From: a virus | Taxonomy: Duplodnaviria; Heunggongvirae; Uroviricota; Caudoviricetes | Direction: 5' to 3' (one strand) | DNA length: 64,000 bases | IMG/VR virus record: IMGVR_UViG_3300045988_154997 | Coordinates: 32,001-96,000 of that record | Shown: positions 36,401 through 46,042 of the stretch, in pieces | How positions within the stretch are numbered: position 1 is the first letter of the stretch | Layout: the number at the start of each line of letters is the position of its first letter | The notes under the pieces: model-generated | Database searches by the model: none | Told to the model about the DNA's origin: nothing | The model's input: only the letters and a program-made list of their open reading frames with translations | Translations under genes and position numbers: made by a program

Positions 36401-38220
36401 GTTTCCCCCTGAGCGATGTTAACGATGCGAACGCGCATAGGTTCGAGATCTGGTTCTGTAATTGTCCAGACACCGTTCAAAACAGGCGTTTCCGCTGACG
36501 ACAGAGCTTTTGAAAACGTAACCTTTGTTATGTTTTCGCCAGTTTCAAGAACATCGCGCTCAACGATTTTGCCTTCCTGATTCAATATCCGAATAAAGCT
36601 GCCGCTTTTAGCTAACGACACAGGCGCATCGAGAGTGATGCTGTTTTTGGTAAACTCCACAATTCGACCGGAGTTACGTTTACCTGCACGATATTTGTTC
36701 TGAATCAGAACGGTTTCACCGGGCATCAGAAATGAGGCGTCTAAGCCGGCAGTAAATGTAATTACATCCGACTCCATTCTGGCGGTATACAAAAGCCACA
36801 AACCAACTCGGTGAGCCTGGCCTCGGCTTGTACATCCAAATGCTACGACTTCTGTTTTACGCTCACCATAACGGCGCATTGCGTCCTGATCTTCAACGTA
36901 CTCGATATTTTGCTTATAACCGTCCTCCTTGTTGTTGTAGGTTACGAGCGCAACGGATGGGCGATCTTTACGCGCAGAACCTTTATAGGTAAACAGTCCA
37001 TCTTTGACGTTGGAGTTGGTAAACATCATTACCGGATCTGATGGGCTATCCTGCATGATGTTAACCATGCCACCAGCCCAAAACACCATGCCGCGGAATG
37101 CACCGGCAATATCCTGAATTAATCGGTATGCGTCTTGTCGACTGGTGATCTGCGTATTGATTGCAAAGCGTTTCTCTTTACCCCCAAAGCCATCATCGAC
37201 CTCTTCGTCACAATATCGACCAATCTGGTAGAGCTGGCCGAGGTCAATCATGGATTCCGACACAAATTGCCCAAGACCATACCGAGTATTGGTAAGCAAA
37301 TCGTAGAGAATCCACGCAGGGTTTGAAGAAGACAACAGCTTAAAAGTACCGTCCCATACGCCGACATAAGTATTGGTGTATTCGTTGTAGTTTGACGGTA
37401 CTCGGATTTTGATACCGCGCACCAAATACGAACGGGAAGGCATTGTGCTACCAAACTGCTCTGAATTGACCTTCAAGCCAACAAGAGCAGAGTTAGGGTA
37501 GTTCATTGGCGTGTCGACAATCTCACCGATGGAATCAACCCATGTGTCGTTGTAGAGGTACTGGCTACTGTTATCATCTGTAAGACGAATCACCCTAACC
37601 TTGTATGCACGACCAGGCTTAGGTAGTTTCAGCTCATAGCTACGGTAATACACGCCTGTTTTCTTTGCCGTTAGCGTGATATCAACGCTTTTCTCACCTT
37701 CTGCCACCACATCAGAAAATGTTGCGTCTCCGTTGGCGATCTGGAATTTGTACTTCACCGTAGTGCCATTTGTATCGCCAGAGCTTTTATCAACGCTACG
37801 TAAAGAGGGGAATTTCATGATGACACGAACGCGATCAGCTTCATCGTTATCGATTGAAACCGTAACGTCGTGTGTTTTTTTAAGCTGAATATTTACGGAC
37901 TTAGGCGTTTCAACAAAATCAAAACCAGCCATTGGCGTCTGGTCTTGTGAGCCGTCACGAAAATCCCATGTAATACCGCTGAAGTTGGAAGAGCCATCTT
38001 CATTCAAGATCGGTAAATCGTCGATGAAGATCGACTTTGCGCCATTTACCAGGCCACCGATAACCCCCTCGCCAAGAAGGTCGAGGATGGCTGCCATAGC
38101 ACGAGAATTGACAGTATCATCAGCTTCAACCGGGGTACGGCTGGAGCTTTTACTTTTCTTGCCACCAGCACCGGCAATAAGAAGCGGTAATTTTTTCTTC
38201 TTGAACTGTTCCATGTCCAA
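33490..38220 (-). CDS. central tail fibre / host specificity protein (lambda J-like) with extended coiled-coil repeat region
   Basis: 1576 aa; N-terminal two-thirds read as J-like with fibronectin-III-type segments; about 11 tandem 28-aa repeats (EQEARASGDSALAKQINQLQSKVDGDISAAI-like); sits downstream of gpI/K/L/M homologues. Confidence 0.8.
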   Translation of the reverse strand: MDMEQFKKKKLPLLIAGAGGKKSKSSSRTPVEADDTVNSRAMAAILDLLGEGVIGGLVNGAKSIFIDDLPILNEDGSSNFSGITWDFRDGSQDQTPMAGFDFVETPKSVNIQLKKTHDVTVSIDNDEADRVRVIMKFPSLRSVDKSSGDTNGTTVKYKFQIANGDATFSDVVAEGEKSVDITLTAKKTGVYYRSYELKLPKPGRAYKVRVIRLTDDNSSQYLYNDTWVDSIGEIVDTPMNYPNSALVGLKVNSEQFGSTMPSRSYLVRGIKIRVPSNYNEYTNTYVGVWDGTFKLLSSSNPAWILYDLLTNTRYGLGQFVSESMIDLGQLYQIGRYCDEEVDDGFGGKEKRFAINTQITSRQDAYRLIQDIAGAFRGMVFWAGGMVNIMQDSPSDPVMMFTNSNVKDGLFTYKGSARKDRPSVALVTYNNKEDGYKQNIEYVEDQDAMRRYGERKTEVVAFGCTSRGQAHRVGLWLLYTARMESDVITFTAGLDASFLMPGETVLIQNKYRAGKRNSGRIVEFTKNSITLDAPVSLAKSGSFIRILNQEGKIVERDVLETGENITKVTFSKALSSAETPVLNGVWTITEPDLEPMRVRIVNIAQGETSGSFDITAVENNPSKYEAIDNGATLIPQNTTVLDPTYSKPSNLQITEGTYLSSPGNLSVKLTATWEGKSPEYWISWRRSDENNVSNWQSARVTEEQYEIVNVAENGRYDFQLYAVSFNGKKTEIISTVYQVLGTMTPPDAPTSLTAVGDYRNVILNWVNPDSVDLDHINVYASQTNNLDTAKLIAESASTTFTHAGLGDSETWYYWVRASNKRGMLSPPNSNLGTEATTRDVLSFLAGKITSSELGQALLEDINSKASQEAVDELNEHINQSVESLEGSVNDVKEDIAELDKQFSDNLAGFEIKFNERSDALENAQTELKGEVSATIDKVNEAFEKIDATDAAIVEIENTVSEHDKALANTVEAIKAARDEAAALIAKESEARVEGDAANAKQLEVLQSTVEESSAAVEEMKKTVAEVDRASAELTTNIEALAKTNIDLALRQDEDQHKQMVNNAKIATTQKTFADDMSAMATKVEEIRVEIGEDIKASILEESTARADGDEALAKRVTQLQSKFEGDISAAISTEQEARTSADEALTTQITQLESKVSNDIVAAIKEEQEARATEDSALASQITQLQAKVDDDISAAIRSEQEARASGDSALAKQINQLQSKVDGDISAAITQEQEARASADQALSREINSLRAQTGTDIAAAVAVETKARTDADSALSTQISSLTAKANDLEASLARETTARADGDTALTKEVSSLKAQTAKDISAAVAVETQARTDADSALSSQITKLTSQYKEDIKAAVATETKTRTEQDAALATQITNLESQTAANISAAVTTETTARTQADNALSGRIDTLKAEVDGNTATIQQQATAIADTNKKVSTAWTLKMETSTSGGQKYVAGIALGIDTTGLSQFLVQADRFGLVNSVNGKITTPFVIENSIAYMNGAYIKDGTITNAKVGDLQSTNFVSGRSGWRFGKNGTLEINGNSGGNGRLVINGQRIDVYDDNNVLRVRIGLL
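33990..35000 (-). repeat. tandem roughly 84-bp coding repeats inside the J-like gene (boundaries approximate)
   Basis: Protein-level periodicity of about 28 aa; generates shadow ORFs on the plus strand. Confidence 0.55.
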
Positions 38221-38231
38221 AAAATCCTTGA

Positions 38232-38822
38232 TTACATAAGCTGGTCGATGGTGATAGAAGAACTCACGACCTGTGAGCCAACTAAAATTTCCTCGCCATA
38301 GATAAGCTGTACAGGGTTCCCCTGGTTTGTTGTGTTTTGAGGTCCATCAAAGTAATAAGAGTTCGAGTTATCCGCCTGCCTCACACTTTCGTTAGTGGCT
38401 TGCGGAGATATGATTTGCGCTATACCGCCCATCATCAGTGACAAACCGAGAGGCGCAAGAGCGGGCACCCATATCGAGGCAACCATTAATACTGCTCCAA
38501 CAACCGTCTGAAACCATCCAAAAGCAGATCCACCACTTCCTCGCGGAACAGGGGTAATGCGGATTTTTGCAATATTGTCAGACTGCCCCATCATCTGATA
38601 TTCACTCTCGTCCACAGACCACTTGTGGCCCTGTTTATTGGTGATCTGGATGTGGTATCTGTCATAGGTTTTGATATTGCGCTTCATCCATGCTTTAAAC
38701 CCAGGCTTGTTGGCCTCAATTAAATCCAGAGCCTGTTTTGTATTACGCACCTTTAGATGCCAGTGGCGGCCAAAATGTTTGGCCATAGGGCCTCCAAGCT
38801 GCACATGAACTAACTCAGACAC
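38232..38822 (-). CDS. tail assembly protein, lambda gpI-like
   Basis: 196 aa with hydrophobic segment FQTVVGAVLMVASIWVPALAPLGLSLMMGGIAQI; position between K and J homologues. Confidence 0.65.
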   Translation of the reverse strand: MSELVHVQLGGPMAKHFGRHWHLKVRNTKQALDLIEANKPGFKAWMKRNIKTYDRYHIQITNKQGHKWSVDESEYQMMGQSDNIAKIRITPVPRGSGGSAFGWFQTVVGAVLMVASIWVPALAPLGLSLMMGGIAQIISPQATNESVRQADNSNSYYFDGPQNTTNQGNPVQLIYGEEILVGSQVVSSSITIDQLM

Positions 38823-39634
38823 GTCTCATCTCCCTTGAGCAAGTCTCTGTGACGCAAGTGATGCGTCGTATGTTTCTGATACATTCCGCCGTAATAAGCA
38901 CGACAACTTAGGCGGTCGATCTGGTGATGAAGAATCATTCCATCGCCGATATAAACCGCGCAGTGGTCAGGCATTTTCCCGTATTGGATAAAGAATACGT
39001 CCCCACGTTGAGGCTCTGTTCCGGGCGCAAGACGCACCAATCCCTCGTTACGGTAGTTCTGATCGAGAATGTCGTTATCGCCGGTGTACCACGATGGAAT
39101 ATGCAGGTGTGCGTTCGGGTTTAGTTCGACGTTAAACTCACGCTTCAAATAGTCCCGACACAACATCCAGCAATCAAATACGCCAAATACATACGGTCTG
39201 CCCAGGTATGGCATTTCGAAACCATCAGGTGTGATCACATTCATCTCGCTAAAATGGAAAGGGGCATCTCCCTCAACATTCTTGCGAATAGCCAGAATCA
39301 TCCACGGAACTTCCGTCGTTTCGCAGCCTGCACGATCGGCATAAGATGCTTCTGCTGATTCATCAGTATGTGAATGCCAGATTGCGATAACATCACCCGC
39401 ATCCTCTGCCGCCATAATGTCGTCAACGTGCATTACAAAAGTGTTCTGCGGGTTCTCCGAAACATTCCGCGCTTCCATAAAGCGATATTTGTCGCCATTA
39501 GTTCTAACCAGAAAGCCACACGCTTCATTAGGGTAGCGATTTATGGCGCAGAGATAGATTTGCTGCATAACGTCAGAGCCAAGCTCAGGGATTGCTTTAT
39601 TACCCATACCGCGTAGCTCCAATAAATCCGCCAA
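38810..39634 (-). CDS. tail assembly protein, lambda gpK-like (JAB/MPN plus NlpC/P60 domains)
   Basis: JAMM-like IAIWHSHTDESAEAS and a Cys/His hydrolase-like C-terminal half (CWMLCRDY ... DHCAVYIGDG). Confidence 0.75.
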   Translation of the reverse strand: MADLLELRGMGNKAIPELGSDVMQQIYLCAINRYPNEACGFLVRTNGDKYRFMEARNVSENPQNTFVMHVDDIMAAEDAGDVIAIWHSHTDESAEASYADRAGCETTEVPWMILAIRKNVEGDAPFHFSEMNVITPDGFEMPYLGRPYVFGVFDCWMLCRDYLKREFNVELNPNAHLHIPSWYTGDNDILDQNYRNEGLVRLAPGTEPQRGDVFFIQYGKMPDHCAVYIGDGMILHHQIDRLSCRAYYGGMYQKHTTHHLRHRDLLKGDETCLS

Positions 39635-40331
39635 AATGGATCACACCGTCGGCAAAATAATTCCGACGCGCATTACAGGCGTCATAACGTTTTGTGCAGT
39701 AATCCGCACCAGACATAGACGTCTGCTGGTTATTTTTGTCGAAATATGGACCGGTATAGCCGCATTCTGGCCCTCGGTATTTCCACGGGCAGGTGTTTTT
39801 AATGATCTGACGATACGGCAGTTGCACCCCCATCAAATCGAACACACTGGACAATTCAAACTCGACAACCTGATGAGTTTCGAGAGTTTTCTGTTCGATA
39901 AACCACATTTCATCCGGGAAATGTTGGTTTGGATCTGCTGTTGGGTTGCCGTCTTTAAAATTAACGGCATCGAGGAAGCGAGCCAGCGTCATCTTGCGAA
40001 TAATGCGGCAGCCAACAAGATCGTCGTTCGCCTGAACTTCCGCAGAGACGGTTCCGGCAAAGTTCGATACCTGAATTTTTGGACGAGGCAACGTTCCCTG
40101 GCCCGTTTTGTCAAAGCCTGATGCTTTTATTGGCCACGGCTCGTATGTCACTCCTTGCCAGACGACCGGTTGCATCAGTTCGTTTGTTCCGGCGTGGAAG
40201 AATAGCTTCCCCCCTGAAGTTGTGTTCGACATATCCAGTACGAACAACTCAATGAGTGCAGAGGGAGATAAGCTCTGAATATCAGCTTTAATTCCCATTG
40301 TTTCATCCTTGAAATAAGTAGGCGCTAACAT
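39600..40331 (-). CDS. minor tail protein, lambda gpL-like
   Basis: C-terminal Cys cluster CPWKYRGPECGYTGPYF ... CTKRYDAC; position between M and K homologues. Confidence 0.7.
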   Translation of the reverse strand: MLAPTYFKDETMGIKADIQSLSPSALIELFVLDMSNTTSGGKLFFHAGTNELMQPVVWQGVTYEPWPIKASGFDKTGQGTLPRPKIQVSNFAGTVSAEVQANDDLVGCRIIRKMTLARFLDAVNFKDGNPTADPNQHFPDEMWFIEQKTLETHQVVEFELSSVFDLMGVQLPYRQIIKNTCPWKYRGPECGYTGPYFDKNNQQTSMSGADYCTKRYDACNARRNYFADGVIHFGGFIGATRYG

Positions 40332-40380
40332 CCTGTCAGCGCCACAATGATAGTAAATTAGTACTTACTTATCCAGATAC

Positions 40381-40716
40381 TTAAGCCTCAAATACTTGTC
40401 TGAATGTAGCAGTTAAGACACAGTACCCCTGATATCGCTTGACCGTATGACTGTCACATACAACTACAATCTGCTTGCCTCTTGGATTAACCCAATAGAA
40501 CGATTCAACGCCTGATCGCTCAGTCAGGAAGTCATCGATTGCATTAATTTCGTTGTATGATCTGGTAAAGGTTAACGACCATTCTTCTTTAATACGATTA
40601 AGACCTTGAGCCTGTCGCTGCTCGTAGTCATCACCAAAATTAAGTACCGTTACATTCGGTTTTACGCTTTTTTCAGATTCGTAATCTGGATACCAATTAA
40701 ACGTTTGTCTTTCCAT
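40381..40716 (-). CDS. minor tail protein, lambda gpM-like
   Basis: 111 aa, immediately downstream of the tape measure gene. Confidence 0.6.
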   Translation of the reverse strand: MERQTFNWYPDYESEKSVKPNVTVLNFGDDYEQRQAQGLNRIKEEWSLTFTRSYNEINAIDDFLTERSGVESFYWVNPRGKQIVVVCDSHTVKRYQGYCVLTATFRQVFEA

Positions 40717-40758
40717 CTCACATCCTTGTGAGACTGCCCCGGTCGGGGCAGTCGATAG

Positions 40759-43700
40759 TTAGTTACGTTGAGTGTTTGGGTTGAGTGATCCGCCAGGGCG
40801 TTTCTCTTGAGCAATAGTCTCAAGCGCGATTGCTTTCATCCGTTGAGCGGCATTGTTCCATATGCTTTCTGTATCGCCGGATTCAGTTGTGCTACCGTCA
40901 CTATGGACGTTGATCTCAATTGATACCGGAGAAAGAACATTTCCTCCTCCACTCATACCATCGGTACTGAGCGTTACAGGGATTGTTCGGCCATCAGGCA
41001 ATGGAACATACGCCTCATTCATAGAACCTTCCCCAAACAACGCTAATTGAGGCGAGTTAGCAATACCGCCTTTCTGGTATGCCCGGAGCGGGATCACGCC
41101 GTCTTTTCCGAATATTCCTCCATTTGCAAACTTCGGGATTGCAGGAATGCCTTTAGTTCCGTCAGCCACACTGCTGGTTGCGGTTTTAGCAGAGCTTGAT
41201 GTCACGCTGTCGAAACCACCGCCAGCCCAAGCTGAAACAAGACCAGATGCAACCGTTGCTCCAAAACTCAACCACTTATTACCAGAGCCGGAAGCATTAG
41301 CTCCAAGCATTGCAAACGCGGCAGACAGCGCGCCGGTAACAGAGCTTAGGTTCTGCATCGAGAAGATGGAGTCCTTCACTGCTTTTGTCTCAGCATCTTT
41401 GGCTTCAGTGCTATCAAATAGCCCTGATACCCAGCTACCAATCGCATTTGTTGCAGTGCCAATTGCGCTGGTGGTCTGCTGTGTTGTTTGCCCCAATCCA
41501 GTTACCGAACTGGACGTCTCCTTCGTGGCTTCTCCTACTGACTTGTCGCCGTTAACAGTGTTACCCATTCGTACACCTTGATTGGCAACGGCGGAAGCAA
41601 CCCCGGTCAGCAAATTACCACTCTGTGAACTACCAGCTGCGGTGGTTCCCATCCCCAACATGTTCATTAGAGGCAGCGTGATCTGCGACTTCACGACCAT
41701 ATTGGTGATATCTTTCAAAATGGACTGAGATAGGCTGGAGAAGCTCATCTTCCCGTTAATAACGAAATCAGTCAGGGCATCAGTTAAGCCACTAAACAAA
41801 TCAGTCCAGGTGTTTTCGATCTGCTCTGCCAGATTTTCGTATTCCAGTGCCAACTTCTGCGTCGCAGTCCCCGTCTCTTTAATGAGCGCGGTATTTCCAG
41901 CGGCAATAAGTTGATTGATTTTCTTAGTATAAAGCGCCACGACTTTAGGATCAGACGCCTTATCACGAAGTTCTATCAACGCTTTAAGATTACGGTTGTA
42001 GGTGCCTTCGAAATCAGCAACTTTATCTTCGCGAGACGGCGTATAGCCAGCACTAATAATGGAATCCGCCTCCGGTGCCCAAGTGGAGATCATCTGCTCA
42101 ACATTGCGGCGATTAAACATCTCGCGATATTCAGGTGTCGCATTTTTGAGGTCTTCAAGACGTTTTTTCGCCTTGTCGATCATCTCTTGAGTGATGAACT
42201 CGTTAGGAACCGCATTAGCCAAATCTGTCAGCGATTTCGTTGTATCGCGAAGAGACTGATCAAACGATACCGTAGCCTTAGAGCTTTCACCCATTTGCCC
42301 CATAAGCTGATCGGCTTTGTCCAGAGCCTTCTGGTATCCGGCTGCCAGTTTCTGTTGCGCTGCCTGTTCCTTCTTGGCCGCACGCTGCGAGGCGTTAGCT
42401 GATCGTTGGGCTGCTTTCTCGGCAGCTGCTGCATCCTGTTCACGAGCTTTAGTCAGTGCAGCAATGGCTGCGGCACGCTCTTCATCGCTCATTTTCTCCA
42501 GAGAGCTGGCGCTGGATGCTTTCTGCAAATTAAGCTGCGTCTTGAGTTGTTTAGGCCCAATAATCGGCTTACCTTCGAAGTCCATCATCGGAGTGCCGTC
42601 AGGCAAAGTACGTTGATAAGTCGCAGAATCCATCTGGTTTCGCATATATTGCGCCAGCGCCTTCTGAGCTGCTTTATCAGTTGTACCTAACCCAAGAACA
42701 GTCCCCTGGTTTGACATTACGCCCTTACCAGTTTTGGCCGCGTTATCTCTCTCGAACTCTGCCTGAGTCAGCTCCTGAGCAACGGCTTCCAAATGCTCCT
42801 GATAACCACGAATACTGCCTTGCAGTTTCTGGATCTGCTCGGTATTTCCATCCTTTTTGGCTTTTTCAAGCTGATCATTAAGAGTCGCGATTTGCTTCTC
42901 GGTCGCATTCTTACGAGAAGAAAGTGAATCAACCAGTTTTTGCGCAGGCTCCAGATAGCTTTTGTTTACCGTTTCACGTAACGGTGCCAATAGCTTGTTC
43001 TTTTCGTCATCTGAAAGTGAACCGTCATCATTGATTTTCTGGATCTTATCCAGAGCCTCCTGCCGGGCTTTCACGAATGTTGCCGCGAAAATCTGGTTTT
43101 CCGCTCGAATTTTCTCAATCTGAGATTCGGCAGCCTCTTTAGCCAAACGCTTTGCTACAGCGCCGTCACCAAGAGCTATCGTGCCGGTTATCTTTTGATA
43201 CTCTTCCTGATTTTTTTTCAGGCGTGCTTCGATGTCAGCCTTCGACTCTTTGTGAGTAATAACACCGGCAGAGTTAGATACGTAATTAACGCCCTCACCA
43301 TTTTTTAATGCTCGTTGATCAGCGAGAATCTGCTTTTCGAGCTTTTCTGCGCGATCGGCCATCTGTGCTCGTTTGGCCGCTGTCATCGCCTCTGGTATTT
43401 TCCTAATCTCGTCAACGACCTTTGAAGTTTCGCTGCGGAGCATGGTCATGTACGTGATTAGGCCAGCAACAGCTACAGTGGCAACTGTAAATGCTGCCCC
43501 TATAGGGTTTGCTGCAATGAACGCCGTTAATCCCGCAAAAGCGCCTTTAAGCCCCGTAATCGCCCCACGGATGGCGAAAATAAGAGAGGGAATCGGAGCC
43601 AGCCCCATACGTGCCGCACGATTGAATCGAGTTACTGCTGTAGCACCGAGATTAAATGGAGTCTGTATGGCGGTCGCCATCGTGGCAAAGGTGCTAACCA

Positions 43701-45333
43701 TCTGGCTCCCAGCGCCAACTACCCCCATGATCCCTGCTCGCATCAGTTTGAACGCAACCATCGCGGCCACGACCTTACCGAGATTAATTACCAGCTCTTG
43801 GTTCTTTGCTAACCATTGAGCAAGCTGACGCAACCCATCGATTGCCGTTGTTAACCCCGAACCTAAAGAATTGGCAAACGAAATCCCTTCGGCGCTATTC
43901 ATGATTGAAGCCAGTTCTTTCATCCCCTTCGATAGAGAATCCAGATATCCGGCCTGACCAACCCGATCAGCAAATAACGTGAATGACGTCTGAAGTTGCG
44001 CCAGCGCACCTGTGTAGGTTTGCATCATGTCTTTCGCTGCGTTCTCATTCTCCGCACGCAGACCAACAAACATCAGAGACAACGCCTGTTTTGCCTCAAC
44101 CGTACCGCTGGCAACGGCTTTAGTCAGTTCCCCCATAGTGATGCCTGCGGCGTCTGCCATTGCCTGCATCGCGTTAGGAACGGCTTCACCTAATTGCTGA
44201 CGTAGCTCTTCCATTGACACAACGCCCTTACCGGACATCTGCTGAACGGCCACAGCCGCACGTTTCAACAGCTCACTATCACCACCAAAACGAGCAACGG
44301 AGTCCACCAGCGCCTTCAGAGAACCATCGGTTGGATCTAAGCCAGCAGAACGAAACTTCACGAAGGAGTCTGTTAACGCCTGCATCGCGAACGGCGCATT
44401 TTGAGCCATGTCTACGATGTACCTCATATCATCAGCGGCAGCCTGGCCCGGGTTGGACTTCTCCTTATTCAACCCTCGAAGCATCACCCGCATACGTTCC
44501 ATTTCGGCCGCAGCTTCAACAATAGGCTTCTGCCACCCAAACATGATGTCAGTAACCGTTCTGGCTGCATCTCCGATCTCGCCAAGCAGGAAAATGTTGC
44601 CACGAAGGCCAGAGAACATACCTCCTTCGTTACTTTTACCGCTATGGCCAGAAGCGCCGCTACGCCGCCCGCTACCACCATCGCCACTTCCAGATGTACG
44701 AACGCGTACCGGCTTGCTAATCAGTTGCTGACGTCCGATAACTTCGTCCATCTGCTCACGAACCTTTTTCAGTCCCTCGGCAGCCTGACTCGTTGTGACA
44801 CCCCAATTACTGAGTCGCTTCGTCGTGGTATTAAGGCGCGTATTCATGCCACTCACGGACGCAGAGGCTTCTTTGACCTCCGTACCAAAGCGGCTTGCGC
44901 TTTTGCTTGCATAGGTCGCCCAATCAGAGAAATCATTTAGCTCTGATTGCACTTTACGTAATGACGCGGTGAGTTTATCTACTGAAGAAGTTGTCGTATC
45001 GACGCGCTCAATCAGGGCTTTAAGACCAGAATTGAGGCTGGTGATGTTGCCACGCATTTTACGCGTAGCATCTGAAGCAAGCTCAAAACCGGCAGCTACA
45101 TCCTGTAGTTTATCTGCCGTAGAATCGAGCTTGCTTTCCAGAACGCCAATGATACGGGCGACCGAACCCAAAGAGCGTTCAAAGGTTTGGATTTTTTGAG
45201 CAGGCTTTGTTACCTGCTCACCAAATCGAGTAAGCAGTTTCCCCGCACGATCGATTGACGCTGTAAACTGTTTGTCTTCCAGCGACAGGATAAACTCTAC
45301 GTTTTGTGACATTCCCTTGTCATCCTCTGCCAA
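40759..45333 (-). CDS. tail tape measure protein
   Basis: 1524 aa, alpha-helical, Ala/Gly-rich with hydrophobic segments; follows the G/T chaperone pair. Confidence 0.85.
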   Translation of the reverse strand: MAEDDKGMSQNVEFILSLEDKQFTASIDRAGKLLTRFGEQVTKPAQKIQTFERSLGSVARIIGVLESKLDSTADKLQDVAAGFELASDATRKMRGNITSLNSGLKALIERVDTTTSSVDKLTASLRKVQSELNDFSDWATYASKSASRFGTEVKEASASVSGMNTRLNTTTKRLSNWGVTTSQAAEGLKKVREQMDEVIGRQQLISKPVRVRTSGSGDGGSGRRSGASGHSGKSNEGGMFSGLRGNIFLLGEIGDAARTVTDIMFGWQKPIVEAAAEMERMRVMLRGLNKEKSNPGQAAADDMRYIVDMAQNAPFAMQALTDSFVKFRSAGLDPTDGSLKALVDSVARFGGDSELLKRAAVAVQQMSGKGVVSMEELRQQLGEAVPNAMQAMADAAGITMGELTKAVASGTVEAKQALSLMFVGLRAENENAAKDMMQTYTGALAQLQTSFTLFADRVGQAGYLDSLSKGMKELASIMNSAEGISFANSLGSGLTTAIDGLRQLAQWLAKNQELVINLGKVVAAMVAFKLMRAGIMGVVGAGSQMVSTFATMATAIQTPFNLGATAVTRFNRAARMGLAPIPSLIFAIRGAITGLKGAFAGLTAFIAANPIGAAFTVATVAVAGLITYMTMLRSETSKVVDEIRKIPEAMTAAKRAQMADRAEKLEKQILADQRALKNGEGVNYVSNSAGVITHKESKADIEARLKKNQEEYQKITGTIALGDGAVAKRLAKEAAESQIEKIRAENQIFAATFVKARQEALDKIQKINDDGSLSDDEKNKLLAPLRETVNKSYLEPAQKLVDSLSSRKNATEKQIATLNDQLEKAKKDGNTEQIQKLQGSIRGYQEHLEAVAQELTQAEFERDNAAKTGKGVMSNQGTVLGLGTTDKAAQKALAQYMRNQMDSATYQRTLPDGTPMMDFEGKPIIGPKQLKTQLNLQKASSASSLEKMSDEERAAAIAALTKAREQDAAAAEKAAQRSANASQRAAKKEQAAQQKLAAGYQKALDKADQLMGQMGESSKATVSFDQSLRDTTKSLTDLANAVPNEFITQEMIDKAKKRLEDLKNATPEYREMFNRRNVEQMISTWAPEADSIISAGYTPSREDKVADFEGTYNRNLKALIELRDKASDPKVVALYTKKINQLIAAGNTALIKETGTATQKLALEYENLAEQIENTWTDLFSGLTDALTDFVINGKMSFSSLSQSILKDITNMVVKSQITLPLMNMLGMGTTAAGSSQSGNLLTGVASAVANQGVRMGNTVNGDKSVGEATKETSSSVTGLGQTTQQTTSAIGTATNAIGSWVSGLFDSTEAKDAETKAVKDSIFSMQNLSSVTGALSAAFAMLGANASGSGNKWLSFGATVASGLVSAWAGGGFDSVTSSSAKTATSSVADGTKGIPAIPKFANGGIFGKDGVIPLRAYQKGGIANSPQLALFGEGSMNEAYVPLPDGRTIPVTLSTDGMSGGGNVLSPVSIEINVHSDGSTTESGDTESIWNNAAQRMKAIALETIAQEKRPGGSLNPNTQRN

Positions 45334-45589
45334 ATATTTGCATCAGTTGCTCTTTGGCGTCAGGGTCTGCCTTATCCTGGCTTGGATCGTAGACTTTATC
45401 TGTTACGACTGGTCTTCCAATCCTGAGTTGCAAACCCTCCATGAACGCCTTCACAGCCTCGCCATCCGCCTGGGACGCACGAGCGACTTGTAAGTTGCGG
45501 ACATCCTCTTCCGCACGCAGACGGTCTATATTGCGACTGAGCATCCAGAACATCGTGAGAGGAACGTTCAGTAGCTCTAATGGCGACAC
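45320..45589 (-). CDS. tail assembly chaperone T-like segment, expected to be expressed as a G-T fusion by -1 frameshift
   Basis: Frame is -1 relative to the upstream G-like ORF and stays open upstream across G's stop; run GAAAAAG near 45690-45700. Confidence 0.45.
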   Translation of the reverse strand: MSPLELLNVPLTMFWMLSRNIDRLRAEEDVRNLQVARASQADGEAVKAFMEGLQLRIGRPVVTDKVYDPSQDKADPDAKEQLMQIFGRG

Positions 45590-45669
45590 GGCGTAGTGAG
45601 CAACTACACGACTGAAATAGAATCCGAGATCTATTGAGACGGTCCTTGTCCCGGATTCATCGCGGGAAA

Positions 45670-45987
45670 TTACTTTGCCCCTTCGCCAGCCGCTTTTTCG
45701 TTTTCTTCATCAATCACTTCCATAGCGAAGGTGAAGATCTGCTGGAGTTGCGGAACAGTCAGTTTTTCAAGAACTTCGTTAGGTACTGAAGGGATAACCT
45801 TACGAACCAGATCTGCATAAGCTGTCACTTGCTCAACAGGAGACATGTTCATGAGATCTTTGCCTTCCATCTGCTTGATGGAAACGAACAGACCTACCGT
45901 CATTTCAACGATGGGATATTCCTGACCGCCAAATTTGATGCTTTTCTTCGGAGGCAGAATGGAATCTAGATCGAGTAATTTGGTCAT
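45670..45987 (-). CDS. tail assembly chaperone, gpG-like
   Basis: 105 aa, acidic C-terminus, between major tail and tape measure genes. Confidence 0.55.
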   Translation of the reverse strand: MTKLLDLDSILPPKKSIKFGGQEYPIVEMTVGLFVSIKQMEGKDLMNMSPVEQVTAYADLVRKVIPSVPNEVLEKLTVPQLQQIFTFAMEVIDEENEKAAGEGAK

Positions 45988-46042
45988 TGGTTAAAATCCT
46001 TTTAAAAGAGAGGCCCATCCTGAGCCTCTGCTTAATTACTGA

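Noticed and set aside
40853-44940. Numerous plus-strand and alternative-frame ORFs inside the tape measure gene (for example 41147-41581, 43373-43819, 44401-44940)
   Set aside because: They lie within the 1524-aa minus-strand tape measure ORF; shadow frames of a long, compositionally biased gene.
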